DNA of 64,000 bases from an uncultured Bacteroidales bacterium (GCA_964447005.1 CAYUQP010000006.1:13640-77639), one strand, 5' to 3'; counted from the stretch's first letter, positions 35,885-44,966 are shown. Notes: generated by a model not told the origin, from the sequence alone. Program-made: numbers and translations.

Positions 35885-37555
35885 TTATGTGTTGATCAAA
35901 GGCAGAACGATTGAAATAGTCGTCCCTTGCCCCAGTTCTGATTTAACCTGTATTCTTCCTTTATGATTCTGGACAATGCCATGAACAATGGAAAGGCCCA
36001 GGCCAATGCCGCTCACGTCCCGCTTGGTGGTAAAGAAGGGTTCAAAAATGTGTGGGATATCCTCTTCCGATATCCCGGTCCCGTTGTCAATAATGTCGAT
36101 TCTAATCGTGTCCTCATCAGGATTGGAAGTCCGCATCCGGATCTCCCCGTTTTCCCTGATAGCTTCCGTTGCATTGACAATCATTGCCATACATGCCTGT
36201 TTGATCTGGTTAGGGCTGCAATAGGTCAAATCAGCTTTTGCCGTGAAATCGGACAGGAAACTGATGTTCGCCATTTTAACCGCGTGGGTCATCAGGTCGT
36301 AAGTATCCTGCATCACTTCATGAATATGAAACGGTTCAAAATCCCCCTGCTCCTTTTTCGAAAAATCAAGCAGCCCCTTGACAATATCACCGCATCGTTT
36401 GGTTTCACTCTCAATCATTTTCAAATGCTGCAGCATGGATTCCTTCTTTGCGTCACTTAATTCAGGATTGCTTAATTGCTTATGGATCAGTTTTGTATAA
36501 ACAAGAATACCGGAGAGGGGATTATTGATCTCATGGGCTACTGAAGAAGACAGCTTTCCGAGCGAAGCCAGTCGTTCCACATGGATGATCTCATTCTGGA
36601 CGGCGCCCAATTCCTCCGACTTTTTCTGGACCTTATATTCCAGTTGCTGCGACCAGTTTTTCAGCTCCTCATTGGCGGCCTGCAATTTATCCAGCATGTC
36701 GTTGAATGCCTGGGAAACCAGCCTCATATCTTCCGGCTGTTTGTAATCCGTGGCAACGCGCGAATTCACATCGCCATCGATAACGGCTTTACTCACTTCC
36801 ACCAGCGAATTCAGAGGTTGTTTCACGGCTTTTCCTGTAAATAAGATCAAAATGCTAATGATCAGTACCGTAGCAATTATTCCGAAAAGAAAGAAATTAA
36901 GTGAAGTCTTTTCCACTGCCTTATCAATGTTTTCAAGAGGTATAGTGATCAGCAGGGAACCCAGCACCCTTTCATCCTGGCTATGGGCATGGCAGGCGCT
37001 TTCATAACAGGAACGTTCATTGAAAATCGGCGACCTGATGATAAGATGCCGCTGGTCCCTGACATTTTCACTCATCTGGCACTCACTGCCCACGTCAACA
37101 ATGCGATAGGATTTCTCTGACAATGGGAACATGGCATGAAAATCGTCGTGGCATGCCCTGCAGTTGGGGTTGAAATGCCCTTCGGCATCATGAGAAAAAG
37201 AAGAGTAGACCAGGCTGTCGTTCTGATCGTAAAGATTTACATCTTCAATATCCGGAAGCACGTTGATGATATCCAGCGTATTCCGGAGCGTTGTTTTGTC
37301 ATTTTCCATCATCGACTGGTACAGTGCCCCTTTGATCAGCGATCCGACATTATTTCCGTTTTGTCGGATGATGTTGTTCATGTTCTGCTCATGAACTGAT
37401 TTGAAGATGATCCCGTAGGCAGCATAAAGGATCAGCGAAAGGGTGGCTATGATCAGCACGACCTGACCATAGATCGATGAGTGAAATTTTACTCTTTTCT
37501 CACTGCTGTTATTGCCAGGGTCTTTTTTCCTGAATATCTTAAAAATAGGCCACAT
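35885..37555 (-). CDS. Sensor histidine kinase (2 TM, periplasmic domain with CxxCH and Cx4CH haem-c motifs, HAMP, HisKA, HATPase_c)
   Basis: TM1 aa ~31-52, TM2 aa ~219-240. CRACH at aa 132-136 (nt 37148-37162) and CYESACH at aa 183-189 (nt 36989-37009). H-box SSVAHEINNPL; N/G boxes. Confidence 0.9.
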   Translation of the reverse strand: MWPIFKIFRKKDPGNNSSEKRVKFHSSIYGQVVLIIATLSLILYAAYGIIFKSVHEQNMNNIIRQNGNNVGSLIKGALYQSMMENDKTTLRNTLDIINVLPDIEDVNLYDQNDSLVYSSFSHDAEGHFNPNCRACHDDFHAMFPLSEKSYRIVDVGSECQMSENVRDQRHLIIRSPIFNERSCYESACHAHSQDERVLGSLLITIPLENIDKAVEKTSLNFFLFGIIATVLIISILILFTGKAVKQPLNSLVEVSKAVIDGDVNSRVATDYKQPEDMRLVSQAFNDMLDKLQAANEELKNWSQQLEYKVQKKSEELGAVQNEIIHVERLASLGKLSSSVAHEINNPLSGILVYTKLIHKQLSNPELSDAKKESMLQHLKMIESETKRCGDIVKGLLDFSKKEQGDFEPFHIHEVMQDTYDLMTHAVKMANISFLSDFTAKADLTYCSPNQIKQACMAMIVNATEAIRENGEIRMRTSNPDEDTIRIDIIDNGTGISEEDIPHIFEPFFTTKRDVSGIGLGLSIVHGIVQNHKGRIQVKSELGQGTTISIVLPLINT

Positions 37556-37657
37556 AGCTCAATTATTATAATTTACGCAAGATACGAAAAATTAATCATT
37601 AAAAAACCGGTGGAAGAACCCACCGGCCTTGAATTCACAATATTTAAAGAACCGCTG

Positions 37658-38374
37658 TTACCTTGGTTCCAGGAATTCTTTCTGGAAATCCAGCCACATT
37701 TCCTCAGGCATTTCTGCCAGCAGGCTCTCGCTCAGCTCACCACCGTCCTGCAACACCACGTGTGACTGTTCCGGGGCATATTTTGCCAGTTTTACCGCCA
37801 GGAAATCCCTCAGGCGCTCCATTTCTTTCGAAAGCCAGCTCCTGGCCTCATCGGCCATAAAATAATCCTGCGTCTCCGATTTCCAGTCGGAGGGTTTGAT
37901 GGCATATAACCAGCCTCTTTCATAAGGGTCCTGCTGCACTATACCGGGATCCTCGGTCAGCAGGTCATTAGCCTTCAATATTTTGCCTGAGATCGGCGAA
38001 AATATACCAAGGCGTTTACCCTGGTGGTCAACTTCCGCGACCAGTTCCCCTTTTCTAATTTCATCTTCAGGCTGTCTTAGGTAGTTCACCCTGACTTCCC
38101 CGGTGACATGTACCAGGAGATTATCGACACCCATTGTCGCAGCCCCGGAGCGTTCCATGAACGTCCAGGTATGCTGGCCGGTATAGTATAATCCCTGCGG
38201 GCTGCTTTTTATTTTTGCAGACAGGAAAACAAGCGCTTTGCGCAATTCCGTAGCAATTTCCTTCTTCTTGTTCAGGATGATCCAGAAAGGGATCAGGAGC
38301 AACAGAAAGATGATGATCACAATATACTCGATACCCTTGGTGTCGAATATGTTCACGTATGAGAAACCGTCCAT
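37658..38374 (-). CDS. Membrane-anchored GcvH-fold (glycine-cleavage H-like) protein with a conserved C-terminal extension
   Basis: N-terminal TM (YIVIIIFLLLLIPFWIIL) followed by NKKKE, then HTWTFMERSGAATMGVDNLLVHVTG...FSPISGKI...DPYERGWLYAIKP. Confidence 0.75.
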   Translation of the reverse strand: MDGFSYVNIFDTKGIEYIVIIIFLLLLIPFWIILNKKKEIATELRKALVFLSAKIKSSPQGLYYTGQHTWTFMERSGAATMGVDNLLVHVTGEVRVNYLRQPEDEIRKGELVAEVDHQGKRLGIFSPISGKILKANDLLTEDPGIVQQDPYERGWLYAIKPSDWKSETQDYFMADEARSWLSKEMERLRDFLAVKLAKYAPEQSHVVLQDGGELSESLLAEMPEEMWLDFQKEFLEPR

Positions 38375-38455
38375 AACTATAAGAGTTTTAAGTTTTTATT
38401 TTTTAGTTTTGAGTTTGAGTTATTTAGTTGTTGAGTTAATTTGAATTTTATATTT

Positions 38456-39739
38456 TTAATTTGAATTTTGTTTGGGATTTGGAATTTGGAATTTGGAATT
38501 TTCTTTCGCCCAGGAAGGTGCATCTCTGAGTACAGGCATCCGGTTGATCACCCATCTGAAGATCCATATCTCCACAAAAATTACGGTCAGGGTGACGACC
38601 AGTTCCATCCATGTGGGTATATATCTCACCGGCATGTCCCATTTGAAACCGATAACAGTTACGTTCAGCCTGTTAAGGATAATTCCGAGCATGGTCAGAA
38701 TGGAGGCGACCCTGATCATTAATATATTATTGTTACGATAACTCTGGTAAAAGATCACCATCGGCACCAGAACGAAGCCGATCATTTCAAGCAGGTACCA
38801 GTATCCCATTCCCGTATTGAGGTATTGCCAGTTCTTCTGGTGGATAAATACCAGGATATTAAGGAAAAAGTAAGCAAACATGGCACCCGCGCAAATTCTG
38901 GACAATCCGATGACTATGTTTTTCTGCGCGTGATGGTTTTTTTCACTGATCTGGTTAAAAAACACCTTATGGCTGATTGATCCCTCGAAGATCACCATGG
39001 AAAGTCCGGCGAAGATGCTGGAAACAAAGAACATGACCGGGATGAATTCAGAATACCAAAGTGGGTGGATCTTTTCTTTCGCCATCAGGTAAAGTGCGCC
39101 CAGTCCTGACTGATGCAACATCGAAAGCGTGATCCCGAAGATGACTGCGCCAATGGTCATTCCTGCCAGAATTTTCCTGGCACGGCGCGCTCCGAGCCAT
39201 TCAGCGATGGCAGGCGAAAATTCGATCAACTGGGCGATCATATAAAGCAGGAAATGCCATGCCACCAGGAAGAGGACCGAGTTGGTCCCGAAATTGTTCC
39301 CAATGATCGGGTTCACCACGTTCCATGGCCTTCCCAGGTCTAAAAGCAAAGCCCCGGCATAAAATACATAAGCCAGGAACCCGTTAAGCACAGTGACCCT
39401 AACTATGGATTTGTATTTCTTCATGTTCAGGATGTACACCATGAACGTGATGACGTAGGCTCCCCCTGCAAATGCCACGCCGGTTACCACGTCAAATCCG
39501 ATCCATAATCCCCAGGGGACATCCTGTGTCAGGTTGGTAACTGAGCCAAGCCCTTTCCAAAAGCGGATCACAATGATGATCAGCCCGGCAATGATCACCG
39601 GAACGGAAATGATGTTAAACGGAGTGAATATCTTTCCTTTTGGTTTGAGTTCACTCAATAAAAATTTCCAGGTAGTCTGATTCTCCTGTTTAATTGCTAT
39701 TGGAGTATTATTTTTCATTTTCTTCTTCGTTTGAGTCAT
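38456..39739 (-). CDS. NrfD/HybB/PsrC-family polytopic membrane (quinone-interacting) subunit
   Basis: ~10 hydrophobic segments; the size and position after the HybA-like FeS protein fit this family. The start overlaps the upstream gene (alternative ATG at 39718). The 3' end runs into the ggaattt repeat. Confidence 0.8.
   Translation of the reverse strand: MTQTKKKMKNNTPIAIKQENQTTWKFLLSELKPKGKIFTPFNIISVPVIIAGLIIIVIRFWKGLGSVTNLTQDVPWGLWIGFDVVTGVAFAGGAYVITFMVYILNMKKYKSIVRVTVLNGFLAYVFYAGALLLDLGRPWNVVNPIIGNNFGTNSVLFLVAWHFLLYMIAQLIEFSPAIAEWLGARRARKILAGMTIGAVIFGITLSMLHQSGLGALYLMAKEKIHPLWYSEFIPVMFFVSSIFAGLSMVIFEGSISHKVFFNQISEKNHHAQKNIVIGLSRICAGAMFAYFFLNILVFIHQKNWQYLNTGMGYWYLLEMIGFVLVPMVIFYQSYRNNNILMIRVASILTMLGIILNRLNVTVIGFKWDMPVRYIPTWMELVVTLTVIFVEIWIFRWVINRMPVLRDAPSWAKENSKFQIPNPKQNSN
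38474..38500. repeat. Heptamer array gggattt (ggaattt)x3 inside the 3' end of the NrfD-like ORF, within an AT-rich periodic tract 38401-38500
   Basis: Read directly. Confidence 0.85.
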
Positions 39740-40571
39740 CTTTTTTAGTTCCCTGGTAAACCCCTGCCAGCAATGCCGGGACTAACACAAATATAGCCGG
39801 CACGCTGTAGAGGAATGTTTTGGTCATCGCCGGGTATGATTCCCTGCTGATGTTCGTTCTCATTCCCAATTCTTCAAAAGGAACCGGGGAAAGATGCAGC
39901 CAGGAGGTTCCTCCGGCCTCATGTTCACCAAAAATATGATCGTTGTATACGTCCGGCAGTTCCGCGATCCTGCGGCGCGCTTCCCGGATCAGTTCCCGCC
40001 GGGTGCCGTACATCAATGCTTCGGCAGGACAACCTGCCACACAAGCGGGGATTTCGCCCTGGGATATTTTATTTTCATAGCACATTGTGCATTTCTCAAT
40101 CTTGGGATTCGGGCTGAAATACTCGAATTTCGGAACATCAAACGGGCAGGAGACCATACAATAACGGCATCCCATGCATTTGTCCGCCCGCCAGATCACC
40201 GCCCCGTCTTTGGTTTTATACATCGCCTGGGTCAGGCAGGCCGCCACACAGGCCGGCTCATTGCAATGCATGCACTGGACCTTGGAATAAAAAACCCCTT
40301 TTGACGTGTTGTACTCATTGACCACCGTTCGGTGTTTGTCATCTGTTTTGCGATCCGGCAGGATGTCATCAGGAGGTTCCGGAAGGCCGTTTGCCGCTGC
40401 GCACTCGTATTCGCAGTTACGGCAGCCGACACAACGGTAGGAGTCGTACAGGACCCCGTAGAACTCCTTCTCCGTTTTGGTTTTCGGACTGGCGTTCAGT
40501 TGCGACCCTGTTGCCAGGGCTGCTCCTGTTACGCCCAGTACTTTAAAGAATCCTCTTCTGTTGATACTCAT
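39708..40571 (-). CDS. Tat-exported four-cluster 4Fe-4S ferredoxin subunit with a C-terminal TM anchor (HybA/NrfC/DsrO-like)
   Basis: Twin-arginine signal MSINRRGFFKVLG; CVGCRNCEYEC, CMHCNEPACVAAC, CMGCRYCMVSCP, CTMC...CVAGCP; C-terminal hydrophobic FLYSVPAIFVLVPALLAGVY. Confidence 0.88.
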   Translation of the reverse strand: MSINRRGFFKVLGVTGAALATGSQLNASPKTKTEKEFYGVLYDSYRCVGCRNCEYECAAANGLPEPPDDILPDRKTDDKHRTVVNEYNTSKGVFYSKVQCMHCNEPACVAACLTQAMYKTKDGAVIWRADKCMGCRYCMVSCPFDVPKFEYFSPNPKIEKCTMCYENKISQGEIPACVAGCPAEALMYGTRRELIREARRRIAELPDVYNDHIFGEHEAGGTSWLHLSPVPFEELGMRTNISRESYPAMTKTFLYSVPAIFVLVPALLAGVYQGTKKDDSNEEENEK

Positions 40572-40617
40572 CGCTTATTCGTTTAAAGTTATTGATCACT
40601 GGTTTTTTTCAGCATGT

Positions 40618-42297
40618 CTATTTATTGGCATCAATGAACTTGCTCTGAAAGTCTTCCCATACTTCCGGGCCGAAATCCTCGAGCAGGTTGTTTTTCATTT
40701 CGCCTCCGTCCTGGAGCACAACCTGGGCATAGTCCAGTTTATGCGACTGCAGTGATGAGGCCAGGAAATCCTTAAGGCGGGTAAATTCACCGTTGAGCCA
40801 CCTGGTATATTTGCCTGCCATGCTCAGCAGCGGGATCTCCTGCAGCCAGGATGCCGGTTCCAGGCGGTAGATCCAACCTTCGCCGTAAGGCGACTCATTC
40901 AGCAATGTCGTATTCCCACCCGTCAGAGACTTGTTCGTTTCAAGGATTGTACCCGACACCGGTGCATACAGCACGAGCTTCTTCCCTTTCTGGATCAGGG
41001 TAAGGAAGGCCTCGCCCTTTTTCACCGTGTCACCCGGTTTTCTCATTTCTACCCGGGTGATCGGACCGGTGATATGCTGCAGGAAATCATCTATCCCGAC
41101 CTTCACATAACCGTCTTTTTCCATGAATGCCCAGGTATGGCTCATATCGTAGAATAATCCCGCGGGAGCAGCAACTGTGCGTTCTCCAAATGTTTCGTCG
41201 GCCAATTCGGGCCCTTCGGCCATCGTGATGCCTTTCCTTCTGCCAAATCCAAAGAGGGCGGTAGCGAGGACGACGAGCATCAGTACCACAGCGCCGATGA
41301 ACAGGATAAGCCTGGGTATCGAAACCGCCTGGCTGGCAGCCGGGGCTGTTTCTTCAATGCCGGAAAACTGTTCAAGCTTGCTCTGAACCTCACTGTATAC
41401 CAAGGTATTGAATCCGTTATTTACCAGTGAGCCCTGGCCTGATGTCAGAATCCAGGTGATGAACCCTATTTGTGAGCGGTCAACAGGCCTTGTTGGTGAA
41501 ACAGCATATATGTCACTGGTCAGTTCCCCCGGGTATTTGCCAATCCAGACGCCCCTTTCAAATGACTGGAGATCGCTGTAGATATTTTCCATATGATCCA
41601 GTGTGCCGTTGTTATTACGGTCGATCGGCAGGATCATGGCCGGGGAAACGAATGTTTTTGCTCCCGGTTCCATAATACCGCTCAAGCTACAGATGGCTAT
41701 AGCATAGCGATCATTTTCAATTAAACCCATAAGGTGATCATAACCTTCAACCAGGGTTATTGACGCGGGCAGGTCGCCGGTCTGCAGGAATTCTTTTACT
41801 ATTCCGATAACCGCCGGATCATTGATCAGGTAAACCGGCACGGGCTTGATGTTGCTGGTGCCCAGGATCGCGCCCCAGGATGTTCCGGGCTTTCCTGCCA
41901 GGATCATTTTCAGGTTATCCTGGGTGATGCCGCGGGTTTTCATTTCACCGGCAAACGGGTTAGCGGCGTTGGTCACCGGCACCACCACTTCCCGTCCGAC
42001 AGCCATTTTCCAGGTCGGCACACCTTTTATGTCCTTCTCTGGCATAAAAGCAAGGTAATTTTCAGACCCACTCAAAGCCGAAGGCTCTTCGATAAGGTTC
42101 ACCCCAATTTTCGCATCCGGATACTGGTTCATATACCCATTGGCCCATTCATTGGTCAGTTCAAGAAGGTCGGCGGTGCATCCGATCCCGATCGCCTGTG
42201 GGGCATTTTCATTCTTAATTTCTCTATTATTCCCGCTCAGGGCTATGTTGCAGGAGAGAAGCGCAACACTGATCATCAAAAAAATCCTGGTTTTCAT
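40618..42297 (-). CDS. Fusion protein: periplasmic PstS/PBP_like_2-type binding domain, one TM helix, and a cytoplasmic GcvH-fold domain with the same C-terminal extension as 37658-38374
   Basis: Signal peptide; ...VVVPVTNAANPF... PBP-like region; TM IPRLILFIGAVVLMLVVLATALFGF then RRKG; HTWAFMEKDGYVKVGIDDFLQHITG...YAPVSGTI...SPYGEGWIYRLEP. Confidence 0.7.
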   Translation of the reverse strand: MKTRIFLMISVALLSCNIALSGNNREIKNENAPQAIGIGCTADLLELTNEWANGYMNQYPDAKIGVNLIEEPSALSGSENYLAFMPEKDIKGVPTWKMAVGREVVVPVTNAANPFAGEMKTRGITQDNLKMILAGKPGTSWGAILGTSNIKPVPVYLINDPAVIGIVKEFLQTGDLPASITLVEGYDHLMGLIENDRYAIAICSLSGIMEPGAKTFVSPAMILPIDRNNNGTLDHMENIYSDLQSFERGVWIGKYPGELTSDIYAVSPTRPVDRSQIGFITWILTSGQGSLVNNGFNTLVYSEVQSKLEQFSGIEETAPAASQAVSIPRLILFIGAVVLMLVVLATALFGFGRRKGITMAEGPELADETFGERTVAAPAGLFYDMSHTWAFMEKDGYVKVGIDDFLQHITGPITRVEMRKPGDTVKKGEAFLTLIQKGKKLVLYAPVSGTILETNKSLTGGNTTLLNESPYGEGWIYRLEPASWLQEIPLLSMAGKYTRWLNGEFTRLKDFLASSLQSHKLDYAQVVLQDGGEMKNNLLEDFGPEVWEDFQSKFIDANK

Positions 42298-42330
42298 ATC
42301 TGTTAAATTTTAATGTCTGTTTCTGTTAAG

Positions 42331-42346
42331 ACAATTTGAGTGCCAG
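42331..42346 (-). promoter_or_regulatory. Sigma-54 (-24/-12) promoter CTGGCAC-tcaaa-TTGT, 34 nt upstream of the 40618-42297 start codon
   Basis: The minus-strand sequence ctggcactcaaattgt matches TGGCAC-N5-TTGC with exact spacing and one mismatch (final C to T). Confidence 0.65.
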
Positions 42347-42397
42347 GAATTTTTCACGCTCTTATCTCACTGATTTACTTTGTATTATAATTTGTTT

Positions 42398-42439
42398 TGT
42401 GTATTTATTAAACACATGCTTTGTTGATTTATTCAACAC
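42398..42439. promoter_or_regulatory. Two tandem 18-mers TGTgtATTTATTaAACAC / TGTtgATTTATTcAACAC (candidate enhancer sites for the sigma-54 activator)
   Basis: Read directly, 24 bp start-to-start and ~55-105 bp upstream of the -24 element. Each has dyad arms (TGTGT/ACACA, GTTGA/TCAAC). Confidence 0.4.
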
Positions 42440-42657
42440 TTATTATACAAACAACAAGCAAAGCGCTGACTCGCAGCATCTTCATCCAACTGATGAATTA
42501 TTATACAGGTGTTGAATATTTAAGCATTATTGATTAAACAGCTTATTTCTCTGATGGTCTTCATGCTCCTTTTTATTCTTCCGGTTCACAATTTTTAAAA
42601 TATCAGAGAATTTTCATGCAATATTCTTATCTTTATATCCACTCAAAAACTAACATT

Positions 42658-43500
42658 ATGCGTTGGCAAGGAAGAAGAACAAGCGGAAACGTGGAAGACC
42701 GCCGCGGGATGAGCGGTGGTAAGATTGCCGTCGGGGGCGGAATCGGAACTATTGTGATTGCTTTGCTGATCTATCTGCTCGGTGGAAATCCGGGCGAGAT
42801 CATCAACCAGTTGCAGGTGGGCGGTCAGGAGCAGACCACGATGACGACCGCCGAAGAAGATCAACTGGCGGAATTCGTATCGGTGGTATTAGCTGATTGT
42901 GAGGATGTCTGGACCAAAATCTTCAGCGAATCCGGGCAATCGTACAGGAAACCAAAACTGGTGATCTATACAGCACAGGTAAGTTCTGCCTGTGGTATGG
43001 CAGGATCGGCATCCGGGCCATTTTATTGCCCGCTGGACGAAAAAATTTACATCGACCTGAGTTTCATGGAAGAAATGGAACAGCGGCTCAATGCTCCGGG
43101 CGATTTCGCCATGGCTTACGTGGTCGCCCATGAAGTGGGGCACCATGTCCAGAAATTACTGGGAATCCTTGGACAGGTCCAGGAACTCAGGGAACAGGTC
43201 AGCGAGCAGGAATACAACGAATATTCCATCAGGCTGGAACTGCAGGCTGATTTCCTGGCCGGTGTATGGGCTTACCACGCGGAGGAGATGTTTGGTATCC
43301 TCGAAGCAGGAGACATCCAGGAAGCATTAGGTGCTGCCAACGCTGTAGGCGATGACCGGATCCAGATGCAGTCGCAGGGTTATGTGGTGCCTGATTCTTT
43401 TACTCATGGAACTTCAGCCCAGCGTATGAACTGGTTCAACCGGGGATTTAAAACCGGGGATCTCAGCCAGGGCGACACCTTCGCTGTCGAGAACATATAA
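42658..43500 (+). CDS. YpfJ-family neutral zinc metallopeptidase
   Basis: MRWQGRRTSGNVEDRRG start, TM, YVVAHEVGHHVQ (HExxH), C-terminal SFTHGTSAQRMNWF. ATG at 42658 preferred. Confidence 0.88.
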   Translation: MRWQGRRTSGNVEDRRGMSGGKIAVGGGIGTIVIALLIYLLGGNPGEIINQLQVGGQEQTTMTTAEEDQLAEFVSVVLADCEDVWTKIFSESGQSYRKPKLVIYTAQVSSACGMAGSASGPFYCPLDEKIYIDLSFMEEMEQRLNAPGDFAMAYVVAHEVGHHVQKLLGILGQVQELREQVSEQEYNEYSIRLELQADFLAGVWAYHAEEMFGILEAGDIQEALGAANAVGDDRIQMQSQGYVVPDSFTHGTSAQRMNWFNRGFKTGDLSQGDTFAVENI

Positions 43501-43510
43501 AAAAATGATG

Positions 43511-43846
43511 TTATTCCGCCACCTCCACGATATCAGCGGCAGGTGCGTTTTTCTTAACGGATTCAATCCCGTTGTCGCAACCGCTTTCCGATTTATAGAT
43601 CTGGCTGGTCCCTATAACTTGTTTATTGGCAGCTTTCAGTACAAATCTGAAATCTCCGCCTGGTGTGGTGGATTTTTCAAATCTCGATGCATCCGTTGCA
43701 TTCTTTCTCACTGATTCGATGCCGTTCATACAGCCGGCCTTTGCACTGTAGCCTTCGCTGCTGAGGATGATCTGGCCGTTGTCGGCCTTTAACCGGAAAC
43801 GAAATTCTTCCTTTTTTCCGCTTTGATAAACTTCAAACTTTGCCAT
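43511..43846 (-). CDS. YegP-family (DUF1508 x2) protein
   Basis: MAKFEVYQSGKKEEFRFRLKADNGQIILSSEGY and a second repeat FRFVLKAANKQVIGTSQIY. Start trimmed to the ATG at 43846. Confidence 0.85.
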   Translation of the reverse strand: MAKFEVYQSGKKEEFRFRLKADNGQIILSSEGYSAKAGCMNGIESVRKNATDASRFEKSTTPGGDFRFVLKAANKQVIGTSQIYKSESGCDNGIESVKKNAPAADIVEVAE

Positions 43847-43877
43847 AACGAGTAGTTTTAGATTAGTAATGAGTGGT

Positions 43878-44318
43878 TTAAAAAAATTTGCCAAGGATTT
43901 TCCCGACCTTTCCTCCAAGACCACCTCCACCACCGAAGATTTCATTCAGCGGCGAGGGATCGTTATCGGGGGTCTGGCTGTTCTTTTTAGTGATCAGGTT
44001 CATCAGGGCAGGGATCACGATCCCGGCAATGGTGTTGGCAACACCCTGCGACAAGCCTAACTTGCTGACGATCCCTGACACAACGCTATTCGTTATAGAC
44101 GACTGCAACTGGTTGGCAGCGCCTGAATTGGCCTGGTTGGAGAACAGGTTCAGTACCGTGGATAATCCACCCCCGCTCATCTCACCCATTACCTTTTCAC
44201 CGGCGACTTTTCCAACTATTGAAAACACGTCGTCTAATTTGTCAGAAGGGAGATTGGTTTTGGAAAGAATTTCTCCGCCAACCTCGGATTTCAACGAATT
44301 AATAATTTGATCCAACAT
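43878..44318 (-). CDS. DUF937-domain protein
   Basis: MLDQIINSLKSEVGGEILSKTNLPSDKLDDVFSIVG..., Gly-rich C-terminus. Confidence 0.65.
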   Translation of the reverse strand: MLDQIINSLKSEVGGEILSKTNLPSDKLDDVFSIVGKVAGEKVMGEMSGGGLSTVLNLFSNQANSGAANQLQSSITNSVVSGIVSKLGLSQGVANTIAGIVIPALMNLITKKNSQTPDNDPSPLNEIFGGGGGLGGKVGKILGKFF

Positions 44319-44373
44319 AGTTTTAATCTTTTAAGGTTAATAAATATCAACAGCTCAAAATCCCTCACGCATC

Positions 44374-44412
44374 ATTCATAATTCAACATTCAACATCCAA
44401 CATTCAACATTA
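44374..44412. repeat. Heptamer array attcata (attcaac)x2 atccaac attcaac (GTTGAAT units in the sense of the minus-strand gene) abutting the stop of 44410-44832
   Basis: Read directly. Reverse complement of the array at 48422-48449. Confidence 0.85.
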
Positions 44413-44832
44413 TTCTACAAACGGTCTTTCCCCTTCCCTTTCGACCCCTGTAATAAAATATTTGGTCTCCCCTCTCCATGGAAATCGCACATACCTTTTT
44501 ACATAATGAAGGTTAACCCGTTCGCCGGACAGAGCAACAGCCTCAAGCTCCTTTATAATTTCAGGATTACTCTTTTCCACCGAAAAATCAAAGGTTTCCA
44601 CAAAAGGAGAATTGTTTTTCAACGCCCCGAAGGACTGCAGGTTGAGTTGCCCCTCGTATGTTTTAAACATAACTCCTTTTTTACTGATCCTCACAACGTT
44701 ACCTGCCCTGACCCCATCATCGTAGATGCCGAAATAAGCAAATACGAAAAAACCGATCACCAGGATCAGGACCAGAATAAAAAGATTTCTCAGGATATGA
44801 CGCCTTTTTCTTACAGGGACCTGCTCTTCCAT
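44410..44832 (-). CDS. Hypothetical membrane-anchored protein
   Basis: N-terminal RKRRH plus TM LFILVLILVIGFFVFAYF. No motif recognised. Confidence 0.5.
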   Translation of the reverse strand: MEEQVPVRKRRHILRNLFILVLILVIGFFVFAYFGIYDDGVRAGNVVRISKKGVMFKTYEGQLNLQSFGALKNNSPFVETFDFSVEKSNPEIIKELEAVALSGERVNLHYVKRYVRFPWRGETKYFITGVEREGERPFVE

Positions 44833-44966
44833 AACTTTTATTATTTGTACCTAACAAAGATAAGCTATTTAACATAAAAGATCAATTAGATTTTCTCTTC
44901 AATGAACAGGCATTTTTTACCACCAAATGAATTGCCTATTTTTGCCGCGTATTTTATACCATAATT

